Below are positions 30,001 through 45,000 of a stretch of DNA of 64,000 nt, piece by piece. Every line of letters starts with the position of its first letter. Positions within the stretch are counted from its first letter, which is position 1. The stretch is taken from positions 47,120,001 to 47,184,000 of the forward strand of contig OZ024745.1 of the NCBI GenBank assembly GCA_964016885.1. The letters are read 5' to 3'. Both the position numbers and the translations under genes were made by a program. The notes under the pieces are model-generated. The model saw nothing but the letters and a program-made list of their open reading frames with translations, was not told the origin of the DNA and did not search any database. This DNA is from Eledone cirrhosa (taxonomy: Eukaryota).

Positions 30001-33000
30001 ATTTTATCATGACACCAGGACTACCACCTTACAGTGTGTACTGGGAGCATGTTATCATGACACCAGCACTACCACCTTACAGTGTGAACTGGGAGCATTT
30101 TATCATGACACCAGCACAACCACCTTACAGTGTGAACTGGGAACATTTTATCATGACACCAGCACTATCACCTTACAGTGTGTACTGGGAACATTTTATC
30201 ATGACACCAGCACTACCACCTTACAGTGTGTACAGGGAGCATGTTATCATGACACCAGCACTACCACCTTACAGCGTGAACTGGGAACATGTTATCATGA
30301 CACCAGCACTACCACCTTACAGTGTGAACTGGGAACATGTTATCATGACACCAGCACTACCACCTTACAGTGTGTACTAGGAACATTTTATCATGACACC
30401 AGCACTACCACCTTACAGTGTGAACTGGGAGCATGTTATCATGACACCAGCACTACCACCTTACAGTGTGAACTAGGAGCATTTTATCATGACACCAGCA
30501 CTACCACCTTACAGTGTGAACTAGGAGCATTTTATCATGACACCAGCACTACCACCTTACAGTGTGAACTAGGAGCATTTTATCATGACACCAGCACTAC
30601 CACCTTACAGTGTGTACTAGGAACATTTTATCATGACACCAGCACTACCACCTTACAGTGTGAACTGGGAGCATTTTATCATGACACCAGCACTACCACC
30701 TTACAGTGTGTACTGGGAACATTTTATCATGACACCAGCACTACCACCTTACAGTGTGAACTGGGAACATTTTATCATGACACCAGCACTACCCCCTTAC
30801 AGTGTGAACTGGGAACATTTTATCATGACACCAGCACTACCACCTTACAGTGTGAACTAGGAGCATTTTATCATGACACCAGCACTACCACCTTACAGTG
30901 TGTACTGGGAACATGTTATCATGACACCAGAACTACCACCTTACAGTGTGTACTTGGAGCATGTTATCATGACACCAGCACTACCACCTTACAGTGTGAA
31001 CTGGGAACATGTTATCATGACACCAGCACTACCACCTTACAGTGTGAACTAGGAGCATTTTATCATGACACCAGCACTACCACCTTACAGTGTGTACTGG
31101 GAGCATTTTATCATGACACCAGCACTACCACCTTACAGTGTGAACTAGGAGCATGTTATCATGACACAACACTACCCCCTTACAGTGTGAACTAGGAGCA
31201 TTTTATCATGACACCAGCACTACCACATTACAGTGTGAACTAGGAGCATGTTATCATGACACCAGCACTACCACCTTACAGTGTGTACTGGGAGCATTTT
31301 ATCATGACACCAGCACTACCACCTTACAGTGTCAACTACGAACATTTTATCATGACACCAGCACTACCACCTTACAGTGTGAACTAGGAACATTTTATCA
31401 TGACACCAGCACTACCACCTTACAGTGTGAACTAGGAACATTTTATCATGACACCAGCACTACCACCTTACAGTGTGAACTAGGAACATTTTATCATGAC
31501 ACCAGCACTACCACCTTACAGTGTGAACTAGGAGCATGTTATCATGACACCAGCACTACCACCTTACAGTGTGAACTAGGAGCATTTTATCATGACACCA
31601 GCACTATCACCTTACAGTGTCAACTAGGAGCATTTTATCATGACACCAACACTACCACCTTACAGTGTGAACTGGGAGCATGTTATCATGACACCAGCAC
31701 TACCACCTTACAGTGTCAACTAGGAGCATTTTATCATGACACCAGCACTATCACCTTACAGTGTCAACTAGGAGCATTTTATCATGACACCAACACTACC
31801 ACCTTACAGTGTGAACTGGGAGCATGTTATCATGACACCAGCACTACCACCTTACAGTGTGAACTGGGAACATTTTATCATGACACCAGCACTACCACCT
31901 TACAGTGTGAACTAGGAGCATTTTATCATGACACCAGCACTACCACCTTACAGTGTGTACTGGGAGCATTTTATCATGACACCAGCACTACCACCTTACT
32001 GTGTGAATTGGAAACATTTTATCATGACACCAGCACTACCACCTTACAGTGTGTACTGGGAACATTTTATCATGACACCAGCACTACCACCTTACAGTGT
32101 GTACTGGGAACATTTTATCATGACACCAGCACTACCACCTTACAGTGTGTACTGGGAACATTTTATCATGACACCAGCACTACCAGCTTACAGCGTGAAC
32201 TGGGGACATGTTATCATGACACCAGCACTACCACCTTACAGTGTGTACTGGGAACATTTTATCATGACACCAGCACTACCACCTTACAGTGTGAACTAGG
32301 AGAATTTTATCATGACACCAGCACTACCACCTTACAGTGTGAACTGGGAACATGTTATCATGATACCAGAACTACCACCTTACAGTGTGTACTGGGAGCA
32401 TGTTATCATGACACCAGCACTACCACCTTACAGTGTGTACTGGGAGCATGTTATCATGACACCAACACTACCACCTTACAGTGTGAACTAGGCGCATGTT
32501 ATCATGACACCAGCACTACCACCTTACAGTGTGAACTGGGAGCATTTTATCATGACACCAGCACTACCACCTTACAGTGTGAACTAGGAGCATTTTATCA
32601 TGACACCAGCACTACAACCTTACAGTGTGAACTGGGAGCATTTTATCATGACACCAGCACTACCACTTTACAGTGTGAACTGGGAACATTTTATCATGAC
32701 ACCAGCACTACCACCTTACAGTGTGTACTGGGAGCATTTTATCATGACACCAGCACTACCACCTTACAGTGTGTACTGGGAGCATGTTATCATGACACCA
32801 GCACTACCACCTTACAGTGTGTACTGGGAACATTTTATCATGACACCAGCACTACCACCTTACAGTGTGAACTAGGAGCATGTTATCATGACACCAGCAC
32901 TACCACCTTACAGTGTGTACTGGGAGCATGTTATCATGACACCAGCACTACCACCTTACAGTGTGTACTGGGAACATTTTATCATGACACCAGCACTACC

Positions 33001-36000
33001 ACCTTACAGTGTGTACTGGGAACATTTTATCATGACACCAGGACTACCACCTTACAGTGTGTACTGGGAACATTTTATCATGACACCAGGACTACCACCT
33101 TACAGTGTGTACTGGGAGCATGTTATCATGACACCAGCACTACCCCCTTACAGTGTGAACTGGGAACATTTTATCATGACACCAGCACTACCACCTTACA
33201 GTGTGAACTAGGAGCATTTTATCATGCCACCAGCACTACCACCTTACAGTGTGTACTGGGAACATGTTATCATGACACCAGAACTACCACCTTACAGTGT
33301 GTACTTGGAGCATGTTATCATGACACCAGCACTACCACCTTACAGTGTGAACTGGGAACATGTTATCATGACACCAGCACTACCACCTTACAGTGTGAAC
33401 TAGGAGCATTTTATCATGACACCAGCACTACCACCTTACAGTGTGTACTGGGAGCATTTTATCATGACACCAGCACTACCACCTTACAGTGTGAACTAGG
33501 AGCATGTTATCATGACACCACACTACCCCCTTACAGTGTGAACTAGGAGCATTTTATCATGACACCAGCACTACCACCTTACAGTGTGAACTAGGAGCAT
33601 GTTATCATGACACCAGCACTACCACCTTACAGTGTGTACTGGGAGCATTTTATCATGACACCAGCACTACCACCTTACAGTGTCAACTACGAACATTTTA
33701 TCATGACACCAGCACTACCACCTTACAGTGTGAACTAGGAACATTTTATCATGACACCAGCACTACCACCTTACAGTGTGAACTAGGAACATTTTATCAT
33801 GACACCAGCACTACCACCTTACAGTGTGAACTAGGAACATTTTATCATGACACCAGCACTACCACCTTACAGTGTGAACTAGGAGCATGTTATCATGACA
33901 CCAGCACTACCACCTTACAGTGTCAACTAGGAGCATTTTATCATGACACCAGCACTATCACCTTACAGTGTCAACTAGGAGCATTTTATCATGACACCAA
34001 CACTACCACCTTACAGTGTGAACTGGGAGCATGTTATCATGACACCAGCACTACCACCTTACAGTGTGAACTGGGAGCATTTTATCATGACACCAGCACT
34101 ACGACCTTACAGTGTGAACTAGGAGCATTTTATCATGACACCAGCACTACCACCTTACAGTGTGTACTGGGAACATGTTATCATGACACCAGCACTACCA
34201 CCTTACAGTGTGAACTAGGAGCACGTTATCATGACACCAGCACTACCACCTTACAGTGTGTACTGGGAGCATGTTATCATGACACCAGCACTACCACCTT
34301 ACAGTGTGTACTGGGAACATTTTATCATGACACCAGCACTACCACCTTACAGTGTGAACTAGGAGCATGTTATCATGACACCAGCACTACCACCTTACAG
34401 TGTGTACTGGGAGCATGTTATCATGACACCAGCACTACCACCTTACAGTGTGTACTGGGAACATTTTATCATGACACCAGCACTACCACCTTACAGTGTG
34501 TACTGGGAACATTTTATCATGACACCAGGACTACCACCTTACAGTGTGTACTGGGAACATTTTATCATGACACCAGGACTACCACCTTACAATATGTACT
34601 GGGAGCATGTTATCATGACACCAGCACTACCACCTTACAGTGTGAACTGGGAGCATTTTATCATGACACCAGCACTACCACCTTACAGTGTGAACTGGGA
34701 ACATTTTATCATGACACCAGCACTATCACCTTACAGTGTGTACTGGGAACATTTTATCATGACACCAGCACTACCACCTTACAGTGTGTACAGGGAGCAT
34801 GTTATCATGACACCAGCACTACCACCTTACAGCGTGAACTGGGAACATGTTATCATGACACCAGCACTACCACCTTACAGTGTGAACTGGGAACATGTTA
34901 TCATGACACCAGCACTACCACCTTACAGTGTGTACTAGGAACATTTTATCATGACACCAGCACTACCACCTTACAGTGTGAACTGGGAGCATGTTATCAT
35001 GACACCAGCACTACCACCTTACAGTGTGAACTAGGAGCATTTTATCATGACACCAGCACTACCACCTTACAGTGTGAACTAGGAGCATTTTATCATGACA
35101 CCAGCACTACCACCTTACAGTGTGAACTAGGAGCATTTTATCATGACACCAGCACTACCACCTTACAGTGTGTACTAGGAACATTTTATCATGACACCAG
35201 CACTACCACCTTACAGTGTGAACTGGGAGCATTTTATCATGACACCAGCACTACCACCTTACAGTGTGTACTGGGAACATTTTATCATGACACCAGCACT
35301 ACCACCTTACAGTGTGAACTGGGAACATTTTATCATGACACCAGCACTACCCCCTTACAGTGTGAACTGGGAACATTTTATCATGACACCAGCACTACCA
35401 CCTTACAGTGTGAACTAGGAGCATTTTATCATGACACCAGCACTACCACCTTACAGTTTGTACTGGGAACATGTTATCATGACACCAGAACTACCACCTT
35501 ACAGTGTGTACTTGGAGCATGTTATCATGACACCAGCACTACCACCTTACAGCGTGAACTGGGAACATGTTATCATGACACCAGCACTACCACCTTACAG
35601 TGTGAACTAGGAGCATTTTATCATGACACCAGCACTACCACCTTACAGTGTGTACTGGGAGCATTTTATCATGACACCAGCACTACCACCTTACAGTGTG
35701 AACTAGGAGCATGTTATCATGACACCACACTACCCCCTTACAGTGTGAACTAGGAGCATTTTATCATGACACCAGCACTACCACATTACAGTGTGAACTA
35801 GGAGCATGTTATCATGACACCAGCACTACCACCTTACAGTGTGTACTGGGAGCATTTTATCATGACACCAGCACTACCACCTTACAGTGTCAACTACGAA
35901 CATTTTATCATGACACCAGCACTACCACCTTACAGTGTGAACTAGGAACATTTTATCATGACACCAGCACTACCACCTTACAGTGTGAACTAGGAACATT

Positions 36001-39000
36001 TTATCATGACACCAGCACTACCACCTTACAGTGTGAACTAGGAACATTTTATCATGACACCAGCACTACCACCTTACAGTGTGAACTAGGAGCATGTTAT
36101 CATGACACCAGCACTACCACCTTACAGTGTGAACTGGGAGCATGTTATCATGACACCAGCACTACCACCTTACAGTGTCAACTAGGAGCATTTTATCATG
36201 ACACCAGCACTATCACCTTACAGTGTCAACTAGGAGCATTTTATCATGACACCAACACTACCACCTTACAGTGTGAACTGGGAGCATGTTATCATGACAC
36301 CAGCACTACCACCTTACAGTGTGAACTGGGAACATTTTATCATGACACCAGCACTACCACCTTACAGTGTGAACTAGGAGCATTTTATCATGACACCAGC
36401 ACTACCACCTTACAGTGTGTACTGGGAGCATTTTATCATGACACCAGCACTACCACCTTACTGTGTGAACTGGGAACATTTTATCATGACACCAGCACTA
36501 CCACCTTACAGTGTGTACTGGGAACATTTTATCATGACACCAGCACTACCACCTTACAGTGTGAACTGGGAACATTTTATCATGACACCAGCATTACCAC
36601 CTTACAGTGTGTACTGGGAGCATTTTATCATGACACCAGCACTACCACCTTACAGTGTGAACTAGGAACATGTTATCATGACACCAGCACTACCACCTTA
36701 CAGTGTGTACTGGGAGCATGTTATCATGACACCAGCACTACCACCTTACAGTGTGAAGTAGGAGTATTTTATCATGACACCAGCACTACCACCTTACAGT
36801 GTGAACTAGGAGCATGTTATCATGACACCAGCACTACCACCTTACAGTGTGTACTGGGAGCATTTTATCATGACACCAGCACTACCACCTTACAGTGTGT
36901 ACTGGGAGCATGTTATCATGACACCAGCACTACCACCTTACAGTGTGAACTAGAAGCATTTTATCATGACACCAGCACTACATCCTTACAGTGTGAACTG
37001 GGAACATTTTATCATGACACCAGCACTACCACCTTACAGTGTGAACTGGGAGCATGTTATCATGACACCAGCACTACCACCTTACAGTGTGAACTAGGAA
37101 CATTTTATCATGACACCAGCACTACCACCTTACAGTGTGAACTAGGAGCATGTTATCATGACACCAGCACTACCACCTTACAGTGTGTACTGGGAGCATT
37201 TTATCATGACACCAGCACTACCACCTTACAGTGTGAACTAGGAGCATGTTATCATGACACCAGCACTAACACCTTACAGTGTGTACTGGGAGCATTTTAT
37301 CATGACACCAGCACTACCACCTTACAGTGTGAACTAGAAGCATGTTATCACGACACCAGCACTACCACCTTACAGTGTGAACTAGGAGCATGTTATCATG
37401 ACACCAGCACTACCACCTTACAGTGTGAACTGGGAACATTTTATCATGACACCAGCACTACCACCTTACAGTGTGAACTAGGAGCATGTTATCATGACAC
37501 CAGCACTACCACCTTACAGTGTGAACTGGGAAAATTTTATCATGATACCAGCACTACCACCTTACAGTGTGAACTAGAAGCATTTTATCATGACACCAGC
37601 ACTACCACCTTACAGTGTGTACTGGGAACATTTTATCATGACACCAGCACTACCACCTTACAGTGTGAACTAGGATCATTTTATCATGACACCAGCACTA
37701 CCACCTTACAGTGTGTACTGGGAGCATTTTATCATGACACCAGCACTACCACCTTACAGTGTGAACTAGGAGCATTTTATCATGACACCAGCACTACCAC
37801 CTTACAGTGTGAACTAGGAGCATTTTATCATGACACCAGCACTACCACCTTACTGTGTGAACTGGGAACATTTTATCATGACACCAGCACTACCACCTTA
37901 CAGTGTGTACTGGGAACATTTTATCATGACACCAGCACTACCACCATACAGTGTGTACTGGGAACATTTTATCATGACACCAGCACTATCACCTTACAGT
38001 GTGTACTGGGAACATTTTATCATGACACCAGCACTACCACCTTACAGTGTGTACTGGGAACATTTTATCATGACACCAGCACTACCACCTTACAGTGTGA
38101 ACTGGGAACATTTTATCATGACACCAGCATTACCACCTTACAGTGTGTACTGGGAGCATTTTATCATGACACCAGCACTACCACCTTACAGTGTGAACTA
38201 GGAACATGTTATCATGACACCAGCACTACCACCTTACAGTGTGAAGTAGGAGTATTTTATCATGACACCAGCACTACCACCTTACAGTGTGAACTAGGAG
38301 CATGTTATCATGACACCAGCACTACCACCTTACAGTGTGTACTGGGAGCATTTTATCATGACACCAGCACTACCACCTTACAGTGTGTACTGGGAGCATG
38401 TTATCATGACACCAGCACTACCACCTTACAGTGTGAACTAGAAGCATTTTATCATGACACCAGCACTACCACCTTACAGTGTGAACTAGGAGCATGTTAT
38501 CATGACACCAGCACTACATCCTTACAGTGTGAACTGGGAACATTTTATCATGACACCAGCACTACCACCTTACAGTGTGAACTGGGAGCATGTTATCATG
38601 ACACCAGCACTACCACCTTACAGTGTGAACTAGGAACATTTTATCATGACACCAGCACTACCACCTTACAGTGTGAACTAGGAGCATGTTATCATGACAC
38701 CAGCACTACCACCTTACAGTGTGTACTGGGAGCATTTAATCATGACACCAGCACTACCACCTTACAGTGTGAACTAGGAGAGTGTTATCATGACACACGC
38801 ACTACCACCTTACAGTGTGAACTGGGAGCATTTTATCATGACACCAGCACTACCACCTTACAGTGTGAACTAGGAGCATGTTATCATGACACCAGCACTA
38901 CCACCTTACAGTGTGAACTGGGAGCATGTTATCATGACACCAGCACTACCACCTTACAGTGTGAACTAGGAGCATGTTATCATGACACCAGCACTACCAC

Positions 39001-42000
39001 CTTACAGTGTGAACTGGGAACATGTTATCATGACACCAGCACTATCACCTTACAGTGTGAACTAGGAGCATTTTATCATGACACCAGCACTACCACCTTA
39101 CAGTGTGTACTAGGAACATGTTATCATGACACCAGCACTACCACCTTACAGTGTGAACTGGGAACATGTTATCATGACACCAGCACTACCACCTTACAGT
39201 GTGAACTAGGAGCATGTTATCATGACACCAGCACTACCACCTTACAGTGTGAACTGGGAGCATGTTATCATGACACCAGCACTACCACCTTACAGTGTGT
39301 ACTGGGAGCATGTTATCATGACACCAGCACTACCACCTTACAGCGTGAACTGGGAACATGTTATCATGACACCAGCACTACCACCTTACAGTGTGTACTG
39401 GGAGCATGTTATCATGACACCAGCACTACCACCTTACAGTGTGAACTAGGAGCATTTTATCATGACACCAGCACTACCACCTTACAGCGTGAACTGGGAG
39501 CATGTTATCATAACACCAGCACTACCACCTTACAGTGTGAACTAGGAGCATGTTATCATGACACCAGCACTACCACCTTACAGTGTGTACTAGGAGCATT
39601 TTATCATGACACCAGCACTACCACCTTACAGTGTGAACTAGGAGCATGTTATCATGACACCAGCACTACCACCTTACAGTGTGTACTGGGAGCATTTTAT
39701 CATGACACCGGCACTACCAGCTTACAGCGTGAACTGGGAGCATTTTATCATGACACCAGCACTACCACCTTACAGTGTGAACTGGGAGCATTTTATCATG
39801 ACACCAGCACTACCAGCTTACAGCGTGAACTGGGGACATGTTATCATGACACCAGCACTACCACCTTACAGTGTGTACTGGGAACATTTTATCATGACAC
39901 CAGCACTACCACCTTACAGTGTGAACTAGGAGAATTTTATCATGACACCAGCACTACCACCTTACAGTGTGAACTGGGAACATGTTATCATGATACCAGA
40001 ACTACCACCTTACAGTGTGTACTGGGAGCATGTTATCATGACACCAGCACTACCACCTTACAGTGTGTACTGGGAGCATGTTATCATGACACCAACACTA
40101 CCACCTTACAGTGTGAACTAGGCGCATGTTATCATGACACCAGCACTACCACCTTACAGTGTGAACTGGGAGCATTTTATCATGACACCAGCACTACCAC
40201 CTTACAGTGTGAACTAGGAGCATTTTATCATGACACCAGCACTACCACCTTACAGTGTGAACTGGGAGCATTTTATCATGACACCAGCACTACCACTTTA
40301 CAGTGTGAACTGGGAACATTTTATCATGACACCAGCACTACCACCTTACAGTGTGTACTGGGAGCATTTTATCATGACACCAGCACTACCACCTTACAGT
40401 GTGTACTGGGAGCATGTTATCATGACACCAGCACTACCACCTTACAGTGTGTACTGGGAAGATTTTATCATGACACCAGCACTACCACCTTACAGTGTGA
40501 ACTAGGAGCATGTTATCATGACACCAGCACTACCACCTTACAGTGTGTACTGGGAGCATGTTATCATGACACCAGCACTACCACCTTACAGTGTGTACTG
40601 CGAACATTTTATCATGACACCAGCACTACCACCTTACAGTGTGTACTGGGAACATTTTATCATGACACCAGGACTACCACCTTACAGTGTGTACTGGGAA
40701 CATTTTATCATGACACCAGGACTACCACCTTACAGTGTGTACTGGGAGCATGTTATCATGACACCAGCACTACCACCTTACAGTGTGAACTGGGAGCATT
40801 TTATCATGACACCAGCACTACCACCTTACAGTGTGAACTAGGAGCATTTTATCATGACACCAGCACTACCACCTTACTGTGTGAACTGGGAACATTTTAT
40901 CATGACACCAGCACTACCACCTTACAGTGTGTACTGGGAACATTTTATCATGACACCAGCACTACCACCATACAGTGTGTACTGGGAACATTTTATCATG
41001 ACACCAGCACTATCACCTTACAGTGTGTACTGGGAACATTTTATCATGACACCAGCACTACCACCTTACAGTGTGTACTGGGAACATTTTATCATGACAC
41101 CAGCACTACCACCTTACAGTGTGAACTGGGAACATTTTATCATGACACCAGCATTACCACCTTACAGTGTGTACTGGGAGCATTTTATCATGACACCAGC
41201 ACTACCACCTTACAGTGTGAACTAGGAACATGTTATCATGACACCAGCACTACCACCTTACAGTGTGAAGTAGGAGTATTTTATCATGACACCAGCACTA
41301 CCACCTTACAGTGTGAACTAGGAGCATGTTATCATGACACCAGCACTACCACCTTACAGTGTGTACTGGGAGCATTTTATCATGACACCAGCACTACCAC
41401 CTTACAGTGTGTACTGGGAGCATGTTATCATGACACCAGCACTACCACCTTACAGTGTGAACTAGAAGCATTTTATCATGACACCAGCACTACCACCTTA
41501 CAGTGTGAACTAGGAGCATGTTATCATGACACCAGCACTACATCCTTACAGTGTGAACTGGGAACATTTTATCATGACACCAGCACTACCACCTTACAGT
41601 GTGAACTGGGAGCATGTTATCATGACACCAGCACTACCACCTTACAGTGTGAACTAGGAACATTTTATCATGACACCAGCACTACCACCTTACAGTGTGA
41701 ACTAGGAGCATGTTATCATGACACCAGCACTACCACCTTACAGTGTGTACTGGGAGCATTTAATCATGACACCAGCACTACCACCTTACAGTGTGAACTA
41801 GGAGAGTGTTATCATGACACACGCACTACCACCTTACAGTGTGAACTGGGAGCATTTTATCATGACACCAGCACTACCACCTTACAGTGTGAACTAGGAG
41901 CATGTTATCATGACACCAGCACTACCACCTTACAGTGTGAACTGGGAGCATGTTATCATGACACCAGCACTACCACCTTACAGTGTGAACTAGGAGCATG

Positions 42001-45000
42001 TTATCATGACACCAGCACTACCACCTTACAGTGTGAACTGGGAACATGTTATCATGACACCAGCACTATCACCTTACAGTGTGAACTAGGAGCATTTTAT
42101 CATGACACCAGCACTACCACCTTACAGTGTGTACTAGGAACATGTTATCATGACACCAGCACTACCACCTTACAGTGTGAACTGGGAACATGTTATCATG
42201 ACACCAGCACTACCACCTTACAGTGTGAACTAGGAGCATGTTATCATGACACCAGCACTACCACCTTACAGTGTGAACTGGGAGCATGTTATCATGACAC
42301 CAGCATTACCACCTTACAGTGTGTACTGGGAGCATGTTATCATGACACCAGCACTACCACCTTACAGTGTGAACTAGGAGCATTTTATCATGACACCAGC
42401 ACTACCACCTTACAGCGTGAACTGGGAGCATGTTATCATAACACCAGCACTACCACCTTACAGTGTGAACTAGGAGCATGTTATCATGACACCAGCACTA
42501 CCACCTTACAGTGTGAACTAGGAGCATGTTATCATGACACCAGCACTACCACCTTACAGTGTGTACTAGGAGCATTTTATCATGACACCAGCACTACCAC
42601 CTTACAGTGTGAACTAGGAGCATGTTATCATGACACCAGCACTACCACCTTACAGTGTGTACGGGGAGCATTTTATCATGACACCGGCACTACCAGCTTA
42701 CAGCGTGAACTGGGAGCATTTTATCATGACACCAGCACTACCACCTTACAGTGTGAACTGGGAGCATTTTATCATGACACCAGCACTACCAGCTTACAGC
42801 GTGAACTGGGGACATGTTATCATGACACCAGCACTACCACCTTACAGTGTGTACTGGGAACATTTTATCATGACACCAGCACTACCACCTTACAGTGTGA
42901 ACTAGGAGAATTTTATCATGACACCAGCACTACCACCTTACAGTGTGAACTGGGAACATGTTATCATGATACCAGAACTACCACCTTACAGTGTGTACTG
43001 GGAGCATGTTATCATGACACCAGCATTACCACCTTACAGTGTGTACTGGGAGCATGTTATCATGACACCAACACTACCACCTTACAGTGTGAACTAGGCG
43101 CATGTTATCATGACACCAGCACTACCACCTTACAGTGTGAACTGGGAGCATTTTATCATGACACCAGCACTACCACCTTACAGTGTGAACTAGGAGCATT
43201 TTATCATGACACCAGCACTACCACCTTACAGTGTGAACTGGGAGCATTTTATCATGACACCAGCACTACCACTTTACAGTGTGAACTGGGAACATTTTAT
43301 CATGACACCAGCACTACCACCTTACAGTGTGTACTGGGAGCATTTTATCATGACACCAGCACTACCACCTTACAGTGTGTACTGGGAGCATGTTATCATG
43401 ACACCAGCACTACCACCTTACAGTGTGTACTGGGAAGATTTTATCATGACACCAGCACTACCACCTTACAGTGTGAACTAGGAGCATGTTATCATGACAC
43501 CAGCACTACCACCTTACAGTGTGTACTGGGAGCATGTTATCATGACACCAGCACTACCACCTTACAGTGTGTACTGCGAACATTTTATCATGACACCAGC
43601 ACTACCACCTTACAGTGTGTACTGGGAACATTTTATCATGACACCAGGACTACCACCTTACAGTGTGTACTGGGAACATTTTATCATGACACCAGGACTA
43701 CCACCTTACAGTGTGTACTGGGAGCATGTTATCATGACACCAGCACTACCACCTTACAGTGTGAACTGGGAGCATTTTATCATGACACCAGCACTACCAC
43801 CTTACAGTGTGAACTGGGAACATTTTATCATGACACCAGCACTATCACCTTACAGTGTGTACTGGGAACATTTTATCATGACACCAGCACTACCACCTTA
43901 CAGTGTGTACAGGGAGCATGTTATCATGACACCAGCACTACCACCTTACAGCGTGAACTGGGAACATGTTATCATGACACCAGCACTACCACCTTACACT
44001 GTGAACTGGGAACATGTTATCATGACACCAGCACTACCACCTTACAGTGTGAACTAGGAGCATGTTATCATGACACCAGCACTACCACCTTACAGTGTGA
44101 ACTGGGAGCATGTTATCATGACACCAGCACTACCACCTTACAGTGTGTACTGGGAGCATGTTATCATGACACCAGCACTACCACCTTACAGCGTGAACTG
44201 GGAACATGTTATCATGACACCAGCACTACCACCTTACAGTGTGTACTGGGAGCATGTTATCATGACACCAGCACTACCACCTTACAGTGTGAACTAGGAG
44301 CATTTTATCATGACACCAGCACTACCACCTTACAGCGTGAACTGGGAGCATGTTATCATAACACCAGCACTACCACCTTACAGTGTGAACTAGGAGCATG
44401 TTATCATGACACCAGCACTACCACCTTACAGTGTGTACTAGGAGCATTTTATCATGACACCAGCACTACCACCTTACAGTGTGAACTAGGAGCATGTTAT
44501 CATGACACCAGCACTACCACCTTACAGTGTGTACTGGGAGCATTTTATCATGACACCGGCACTACCAGCTTACAGCGTGAACTGGGAGCATTTTATCATG
44601 ACACCAGCACTACCACCTTACAGTGTGAACTGGGAGCATTTTATCATGACACCAGCACTACCAGCTTACAGCGTGAACTGGGGACATGTTATCATGACAC
44701 CAGCACTACCACCTTACAGTGTGTACTGGGAACATTTTATCATGACACCAGCACTACCACCTTACAGTGTGAACTAGGAGAATTTTATCATGACACCAGC
44801 ACTACCACCTTACAGTGTGAACTGGGAACATGTTATCATGATACCAGAACTACCACCTTACAGTGTGTACTGGGAGCATGTTATCATGACACCAGCACTA
44901 CCACCTTACAGTGTGTACTGGGAGCATGTTATCATGACACCAACACTACCACCTTACAGTGTGAACTAGGCGCATGTTATCATGACACCAGCACTACCAC

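Noticed and set aside
1043-33546. Long 337-593 aa LQCELGAFYHDTSTTT ORFs as real genes
   Set aside because: They start at chance TTG/GTG variants, are pure repeat, and end at sporadic stops or amplified frameshifts. Kept only as a low-interest finding.
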